From Bacteroidia bacterium (GTDB taxonomy: Bacteria > Bacteroidota > Bacteroidia > NS11-12g > UBA955), in the NCBI GenBank assembly GCA_965659745.1, contig CBFHXF010000008.1, positions 1-55,315 on the forward strand: DNA of 55,315 bases, in the 5' to 3' direction. This document shows positions 49,012 through 55,315 of the stretch, one piece after another (position 1 is the stretch's first letter; each line of letters opens with the position of its first letter). The translations under genes were made by a program, and so were the position numbers. The notes beneath the pieces were generated by a model, which was not told where the DNA came from, ran no database searches, and saw only the letters and a program-made list of their open reading frames with translations.

Positions 49012-51783
49012 ATGAACAAAACCACTATCCTGACCCTACTACTGCTAAACATTATACCCAACTTACATAGCCAAGGGGCTGAATTTGACGATCCGCAATC
49101 GCGACGCGATTGGGAATTGCAACGTTTGCAGGATCCGCAGACGGGAAAAATTCCGCATAATGTGAGGTTCAAGGAACTGGCGTTCATCAATTCCCAAGGA
49201 ATAAAACAAGCCAATCCTATCGCCAGCGAAGGCACCCCCTGGATGCACCGAGGACCGTTTCACGTAGGCGGAAGAACCCGCGGTGCGGCCGTAGATGTGA
49301 CCAATGAAAAGCGCATTGTGGCCGGTGGGGTTTCATCGGGAATGTGGCTCACTACCGATGGCGGAAGCTCGTGGCGACCCACCCAAGAGGCATGGGAAAT
49401 AAGCAGTATTTCTTGCTTGGTGCAAGACCGCCGCAAGGGGTACGAACAAAATTGGTATGCGGGTACGGGCGAGGCTTACGGACAGTCGGCCGGTTCGCCC
49501 GGCGCCTATTATTATGGAAATGGCTTGCTGGTATCGAAAGATTCGGGCAATTCTTGGCAGCCCATTAATAGTACCTTGGGAAGCTCGAATAGCGCCTTTA
49601 ACACTCCATGGCAATTGGTTTGGAACGTGCTGGTAGATACCACGCGCTACGATTCTACAATTTTGTATGCGGCTACCTACCAAAATATCATGCGCTCTAA
49701 TAACGGCGGCGAAACGTGGACGGTGGTGCGCAAAACCAATGCCTATTTCAACGAAATTTATATCGATCACGATGGGGTTTTATACAGTACTTCCAGTTCG
49801 GACGCCTTTGCGACCCAGCGCGGTATTTTCTATTCGACCAATGGTTGGAATTGGCAATCGATTACCCCTAACGATTGGCAAGGCCGCACCTATAAACGGG
49901 TGGTTTTGGGCATAAGAGGCAGTCAGGCCGCCGACACTTTTGTGCGCATTTATGCGATTGTAAACACGGAAGATTGGGGGAAAGCGTTTCCCGATTCTCG
50001 CGGTGAACTCGAATGGAATGCCATGAGCGTGATGGAGGTTTCCCGAGAAAATCCCAAGCGAATCATCCGTCAACGCGATATTTCGCAAAATTTACCGAGT
50101 TCAAATTATGCGCTGAACAGTTGGCGCACGCAGGGTTCCTACGATATGGTAGTAGGGGTATTTCCCCCGAGAAATGAAGAAAAAGACATCGTTTTCATAG
50201 GTGGAACCAATATGTTTCGGTCCACAAGCGGATTCGAAGACTCGCTGCATACCGATATTATTGCCGGTTACAAACGCAATACGAGTTTGCCGAATTTTGA
50301 AATGTGGCCCAACCAACATCCCGACCAACATATGTGGATGTTTTATCCGTCGGATCCGAATAAGGTGTTGAATGGCAATGATGGCGGACTTTTTTACTCC
50401 GACAGTTGCCTGTCGGGCGATATCCAGTGGAAATCGCTCAACAACGGCTACCTGACTACCCAATTTTACACCGTAGCCCTCGCGCCCAGTCGTTTGGGTG
50501 TGGATCCCAACCGGAAATTAGATCCATTGATTGTGGTGGGTGCGCAAGACAATAATCAGATGATGACGAACGATTTTTCGCCCGAGGCGGAGTGGCAAAT
50601 TGCGTATCCCGGCGACGGTTCGTATTGCGCCATTGAAGAAGGGGGCGGGTACGCGTATTTCTCTAAGCAGTTGGGAAATACGGTGCGTGCCAAGCTGAGT
50701 TCTGACGGTAAAACCATTTTGGCCAAGCGCCGTATCGATCCCATTGGGGTGAAACGTTCCGATTACCAATTCATCAATCCGTTTGTGTTGGATCCTTCGA
50801 ATAAAGATTTTATGTATGTGGCGGCGGGTCGTTTTATATACCGAAATCAGAGTTTAAGCAATATTGAATTAGATGGCAGCACCGATTCTATCTCGCAAGG
50901 TTGGACTAAATCTGTAGATTCATTGCGGGTTGTGAACCAAAAAATTACGGCTTTGGGCATCTTCCCCCAATACCGTCCAAGTCCGGGCACTACCGTTCCG
51001 CTTTACTTTGGCACCAATGTGAAATACGTGTATGCCGTAGATAATCCGCATATGGGCGACATGAAATTCAGGGCGTTGAAAACGCCTCCGGTGGTGGGAA
51101 ATGCCAACGTAGGTTGCATTGCGGTGCACCCCGAAAATCCCCAAGAATTGGTGGTGGTGTACTCAAATTATGGCGTGTATAGCATGTTCAGAAGCACCGA
51201 TGGCGGCGATAATTGGGAAAAAATAGGCGGAAATTTAGAAGCCAACGATAACGGCACCGGCGATGCGCCTTCGATAAAATGGTTCAAATACGTGCCGGTT
51301 TCCGATGGCATGGTGTATATGGTGGGCACGAGCGTGGGATTGTTCGCTGCCGATAGCTTAAACGGTTTGGAAACCAATTGGGTACACCAAGCTCCGGGGG
51401 AAATTGGTAACGCCGTAGTCGATATGATCGATTACAGCGTGGCCGACGGCATTCTGGCCGTTGCTACCCACGGTCGCGGCATCTTCTATGCCCGAATTTT
51501 CAAAAAAGGCGCGGTACTTTCCAACGAGTCTATACAGCCCGTTACGACGGTACGTGTATATCCCAATCCAGTGGTATCGGAGCTGAATATTGAGGCGAGC
51601 GGACCTATATCAGCGGTATCTATTTACACCGTAGACGGCAAAAAAGTGGCGTTGCCGCAGATCGTTTTGGGATCTAAGTCACTCAAAATTTCCTCGGGGG
51701 AAGTCAACCTAACGCCAGGATTCTATTTCGTAATAGTGGCTTCCGAAGGGGTGAAATCGTGGCATAAAGTGGTGGTGGAGTAA
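49012..51783 (+). CDS. T9SS-secreted BNR/Asp-box beta-propeller protein (VPS10/GH74-like fold)
   Basis: W..RGP..VGGRTR; Asp-boxes TTDGGSSW, SKDSGNSW, SNNGGETW, STDGGDNW; HPDQH; ATHGRGIF; CTD VYPNP...PGFYFV...KVVVE. Confidence 0.85.
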   Translation: MNKTTILTLLLLNIIPNLHSQGAEFDDPQSRRDWELQRLQDPQTGKIPHNVRFKELAFINSQGIKQANPIASEGTPWMHRGPFHVGGRTRGAAVDVTNEKRIVAGGVSSGMWLTTDGGSSWRPTQEAWEISSISCLVQDRRKGYEQNWYAGTGEAYGQSAGSPGAYYYGNGLLVSKDSGNSWQPINSTLGSSNSAFNTPWQLVWNVLVDTTRYDSTILYAATYQNIMRSNNGGETWTVVRKTNAYFNEIYIDHDGVLYSTSSSDAFATQRGIFYSTNGWNWQSITPNDWQGRTYKRVVLGIRGSQAADTFVRIYAIVNTEDWGKAFPDSRGELEWNAMSVMEVSRENPKRIIRQRDISQNLPSSNYALNSWRTQGSYDMVVGVFPPRNEEKDIVFIGGTNMFRSTSGFEDSLHTDIIAGYKRNTSLPNFEMWPNQHPDQHMWMFYPSDPNKVLNGNDGGLFYSDSCLSGDIQWKSLNNGYLTTQFYTVALAPSRLGVDPNRKLDPLIVVGAQDNNQMMTNDFSPEAEWQIAYPGDGSYCAIEEGGGYAYFSKQLGNTVRAKLSSDGKTILAKRRIDPIGVKRSDYQFINPFVLDPSNKDFMYVAAGRFIYRNQSLSNIELDGSTDSISQGWTKSVDSLRVVNQKITALGIFPQYRPSPGTTVPLYFGTNVKYVYAVDNPHMGDMKFRALKTPPVVGNANVGCIAVHPENPQELVVVYSNYGVYSMFRSTDGGDNWEKIGGNLEANDNGTGDAPSIKWFKYVPVSDGMVYMVGTSVGLFAADSLNGLETNWVHQAPGEIGNAVVDMIDYSVADGILAVATHGRGIFYARIFKKGAVLSNESIQPVTTVRVYPNPVVSELNIEASGPISAVSIYTVDGKKVALPQIVLGSKSLKISSGEVNLTPGFYFVIVASEGVKSWHKVVVE

Positions 51784-51810
51784 GGTAAATACATTATTAT
51801 TGAATTGTAT

Positions 51811-53442
51811 ATGAAGTTATTAGTCATTGTCTTGGCATTTATAGGTATTGAAAGAATCCAAGCCCAGAGTGTGATTTCTTTTGATTCGACTCAGAAATTT
51901 CAAACCATTGATGGTTGGGAAGCAGTTTCTAATGAAATGGAGCCCGAAACTTTGCGAGATACATTAATGCCACATTTGGATTCATTGATACATTGTGCCA
52001 TCCATGAGGCTGGAATTACCCGTTTGCGATACAGTCTAAAGTCAGGCTGCGAAAATCCGACGGATTATTTTGGGAAAATGTTAAACGAGGGTTATTTATA
52101 CGATTCATTCAAAACAGTGCGATATTCAAAAATCAATGATAATAATGATCCGTTTACTTCCGATCCAAAAGGATTTCAAACGACCGGAATGGATCACAAT
52201 GTGAGGCATGTGATGAAACCGTTTCGTGATGAATTGAGGCGTTTGGGTGATTCGTTTTATTTGAATTTATGTTTTGTAGATTTTGTCAATCAAAGTGCCT
52301 TTCATCACACCCAAAATCCAGAGGAATACGCCGAGTTTATTCAATTTTACACCGAATATTTAGATACCCAACATCATTTTGTTCCACATGGAATTGAAAT
52401 AATATTAGAACCTGATAATGCAGATGTTTGGAATCAAAAACATGTGGCTAAAGCCATTGAAGCAACTGGAAATCGGTTAGAAAATCGATATCCGAATATT
52501 GAGATTATTGCCCCTTCCGTTATGAGCATGGGAAGCGCGGCTATTTATTTAGCAGAAATCGAAAATAACCCCAAGGCCTTAGCGTATATGGATGTGCTAA
52601 GTTATCACCGGTATAGTGGCAGCGGCGATTCTAATAAACACGCCCTAATTCGGAATTGGGCAGCGCTACATCACAAGAAGTTGGGGATGTTGGAATATGA
52701 CAAAAATGGAGATGTAGAAGAATTGCATTATGATATAAAATATAATAATAATACGGCCTGGACGAAATATGCGTTATTTTATAAAACCAATGAAAAGTTT
52801 GCCTATGTTTATGTAGATCGAAAAGATCCATCGAATCCCAAATATGACTTGTGTGATCAAACAAAATTTCTACAGCATTATTTTAAAAACATTCGTCCTG
52901 GAGCCACACGAATTGCCTCTTTTACCAATACCGTTAATGCAGATCCTGTTGCCTTTATCAATAAGAATGGAGCCCTTACTTTCGTCGTGAAAACAAATGC
53001 TAAAGATACGTTGCGGTTTGAAGGACTTCCACCAGGGGAATATAAGGTTTCGTATTCAACTGGAAATTACCATTGGGCTCAAGCTCCGAAAGTATACAAC
53101 AAACAAAGCACTCAAACCCTATTAAGCTCACAGGCATTAAATGTTTACGTACCCGATAGGGCTGTGGTGAGCGTAGTGCAAGTAATAGATGAGGTTTCAA
53201 AAGGGTCTCAATACCAAACACCTCAATTGGCATTCTATCCCAATCCGGTAGCACCCGGTGCTCCTTTTACTATAGAATCAAGTTCCAAAATCGTAGCGGC
53301 TACTTGGTACGATGCGTTAGGACGTAGATTAGAAGATGAACACATTTTAGGATTCTTGCGCGCGCCAAATAAACCAGGAATCTATTTTGTATGGGTAGAA
53401 ACATTGGCGGGTGCAAAGGGGTTTAAGGTTTGTGTAGAGTAA
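51811..53442 (+). CDS. T9SS-secreted clan GH-A glycoside hydrolase-like protein (GH30-like)
   Basis: Signal peptide from ATG 51811; QTIDGW, LEPD, IIAPS, SYHRY, MLEY, FKNIRPGATRI, VAFINKNG; CTD FYPNP...PGIYFV. Confidence 0.65.
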   Translation: MKLLVIVLAFIGIERIQAQSVISFDSTQKFQTIDGWEAVSNEMEPETLRDTLMPHLDSLIHCAIHEAGITRLRYSLKSGCENPTDYFGKMLNEGYLYDSFKTVRYSKINDNNDPFTSDPKGFQTTGMDHNVRHVMKPFRDELRRLGDSFYLNLCFVDFVNQSAFHHTQNPEEYAEFIQFYTEYLDTQHHFVPHGIEIILEPDNADVWNQKHVAKAIEATGNRLENRYPNIEIIAPSVMSMGSAAIYLAEIENNPKALAYMDVLSYHRYSGSGDSNKHALIRNWAALHHKKLGMLEYDKNGDVEELHYDIKYNNNTAWTKYALFYKTNEKFAYVYVDRKDPSNPKYDLCDQTKFLQHYFKNIRPGATRIASFTNTVNADPVAFINKNGALTFVVKTNAKDTLRFEGLPPGEYKVSYSTGNYHWAQAPKVYNKQSTQTLLSSQALNVYVPDRAVVSVVQVIDEVSKGSQYQTPQLAFYPNPVAPGAPFTIESSSKIVAATWYDALGRRLEDEHILGFLRAPNKPGIYFVWVETLAGAKGFKVCVE

Positions 53443-53471
53443 GTGATATACATTTTTAACTAAATATAGCC

Positions 53472-55315
53472 ATGAAATTATTGTGTAAATTAAGGCTCCT
53501 ACTTTTGGGGAGTATAGGTTTTTTTGCATTTTCCCTTTCCGCCGCTGATGTGACCTTTAAAGTCGATATGAGACAAGAAACGGTGTCGAGTGCAGGAGTT
53601 TTTATAGCCGGCGATTTTCAACAGGAGGCGGGCTTTGCTCAAGATTGGAATCCGGCTACTACGCAATTGCGCGACGATAACGCCGATGGCATTTATGAAA
53701 TTACCTTGTCGATTCCGGCCGGATATTGGGAGTTTAAATATATTAACGGAAATACCTGGGCGGGAGCTGAAAATGCAACAGGCACCTGCACCAAAGGCGC
53801 CACGAACAATCGCTTTTTAACGGTTGCTAATGAAAGTATTGCCCTTGAATTGGCGATTTTTAATAAATGTCCGAAGGGTCCCAATAGCGACAAACCTATC
53901 GATTATCCCGATACAACCGGAAAGTTATTATGGTGGAATAATGCCGTTTTTTATGAGATTTTTGTTCGCAGTTTTGCCGATTCAGACGGCGATGGCATTG
54001 GAGATTTTCAAGGAATTATTAATAAGATTAATTATTTGAACGACCAAAATCCGAATACCCAAACCGATTTGGGCATTGAGGGTATTTGGCTCATGCCCAT
54101 GATGGAATCTACGAGTTATCATGGTTATGATGTAGAAGATTATTATGCGGTAGAGCGTGATTACGGCAGCATGAATGATTTTCAGCGCTTGCTCGATACT
54201 TGTCATGCCCATGGCATTAAGGTGATTATCGATTTGGTTATCAACCACACGAGTGTGAATCATCCGTGGTTCAAAAAGTCGGCGGCCAACGACGCTACTT
54301 ATCGCAATTGGTACCGGTGGAATGCCAATCCGCCAACTAATTTAGGTCCCTGGGGACAAACCCTATGGCACCGGAATAACCAGAGAAATTCAAATTATTA
54401 CGGCATTTTTTGGAGCGGCATGCCCGATTTGAACTTTGAGGAACCGGCTGTTTTTGAAGAAATTGAAAAAATCACCCAATTTTGGTTGGATTTAGGGGTA
54501 GATGGTTTTCGCTTAGACGCCATTAAATATTTAGATGAAGACGGAACAACGGTGGAAAACACACCCGAGACATTTCAGCATTTGAAAGCATTGCGAAATC
54601 ATGTGGAGGGAATCAATTCGGAAGCCTTTATGGTAGGAGAGGTTTGGGATGCTACGCCCAAAATATTGCCGTATGTAGCCGATACCACGCTCAATAGCTG
54701 TTTCGATTTTGATTTGGCGAATGCCCTTCGCGATGCTATTTTAAGACAAGAGTCGACCACGTTGAACGCCCATGCCATTTATATGCAAGAGGCCTATCCG
54801 CGAAGTGCATTTTCTACTTTCTTAAGCAATCACGATCAAGATCGAATTTTCAGTGTTTTAAATCAAAACGAGCGGGCCAAGTTGGCTGCCGCTATGTATT
54901 TGAGCATGCCGGGCATTCCTTTTATCTATTATGGAGAAGAAATTGGACTTACGGGCACGGGAGATCATTTGAATATTCGTACGCCCATGCAATGGGATGC
55001 CACCTCAAAGAGTGGATTTACTAGCGGAACGCCGTGGCGCGGATTCGCGCAAACGCCGAGTTTGAATAATGTAAAATCACAACAAGAAGACGGCCAATCG
55101 CTCTGGAATCACTACCGAAATTGGGTGGATGTGCGCCACAAATATCCGGCGCTTCAAACCGGTATTTATTGGCCGGTATCATTGGGCAGTGACGCCCTTT
55201 GGTCATTCCAACGCACCCATGCCCGCGGCCATGAATCGCAACTATTATGGGTGGTACACAACCTGAGTAGCGGAACTATTGTATTGTCAGACAGCAGTTC
55301 TCAAACCCAATTGTC
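53472..55315 (+). CDS. Secreted GH13 alpha-amylase family protein with N-terminal starch-binding-like domain; 3' truncated
   Basis: Manual translation: MKLLCKLRLLLLGSIGFFAFSLSAADVTFKVDM...; YEIFVRSFADSDGDGIGDFQG, GIWLMP, YHGYDV, DLVINHTS, GVDGFRLDAIK, GEVWD, FLSNHDQDR, YYGEEIG. Absent from the ORF track, probably because it runs off the window. Confidence 0.93.
   Translation, partial: MKLLCKLRLLLLGSIGFFAFSLSAADVTFKVDMRQETVSSAGVFIAGDFQQEAGFAQDWNPATTQLRDDNADGIYEITLSIPAGYWEFKYINGNTWAGAENATGTCTKGATNNRFLTVANESIALELAIFNKCPKGPNSDKPIDYPDTTGKLLWWNNAVFYEIFVRSFADSDGDGIGDFQGIINKINYLNDQNPNTQTDLGIEGIWLMPMMESTSYHGYDVEDYYAVERDYGSMNDFQRLLDTCHAHGIKVIIDLVINHTSVNHPWFKKSAANDATYRNWYRWNANPPTNLGPWGQTLWHRNNQRNSNYYGIFWSGMPDLNFEEPAVFEEIEKITQFWLDLGVDGFRLDAIKYLDEDGTTVENTPETFQHLKALRNHVEGINSEAFMVGEVWDATPKILPYVADTTLNSCFDFDLANALRDAILRQESTTLNAHAIYMQEAYPRSAFSTFLSNHDQDRIFSVLNQNERAKLAAAMYLSMPGIPFIYYGEEIGLTGTGDHLNIRTPMQWDATSKSGFTSGTPWRGFAQTPSLNNVKSQQEDGQSLWNHYRNWVDVRHKYPALQTGIYWPVSLGSDALWSFQRTHARGHESQLLWVVHNLSSGTIVLSDSSSQTQL

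Noticed and set aside
53635-55206. Fragmented small ORFs suggesting a pseudogene
   Set aside because: They are alternate-frame shadows of the GH13 reading frame that starts at 53472
1-55315. Numerous 60-155 aa ORFs antisense to or overlapping the main genes
   Set aside because: They overlap well-supported CDSs and show no recognisable motifs, so they are treated as shadow ORFs

Overview
A 55-kb chromosomal window from a Bacteroidota bacterium, judged from TAnnTTTG -7 promoters, T9SS cargo with C-terminal sorting domains, archaeal/eukaryote-type ProS and a group II GGGP synthase. The first ~30 kb is mostly housekeeping and envelope genes: ABC-F, T9SS plug-like protein, polyprenyl synthase, GGGPS, class II RNR NrdJ, ProS, KdsD, RecQ, BshA, TadA, RsgA, MetF, proteases and MscS. 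The second half holds T9SS-secreted proteins, an SSS-GNAT-racemase operon with a structured leader, a three-gene lysine catabolism cluster, and secreted glycoside hydrolases, including a GH13 amylase missing from the ORF track. I saw no rRNA, tRNA, CRISPR array, transposase or prophage. Best candidates for something new: (1) an XRE-linked module of four unknown genes forming two paralog pairs in A-B-B'-A' order, with a shared intergenic motif; (2) two candidate cis-regulatory RNA leaders, upstream of an EamA transporter and an SSS transporter; (3) many -7 promoter elements only 3-6 nt from start codons, suggesting frequent leaderless mRNAs. All calls come from motif reading by eye; no database search was run.
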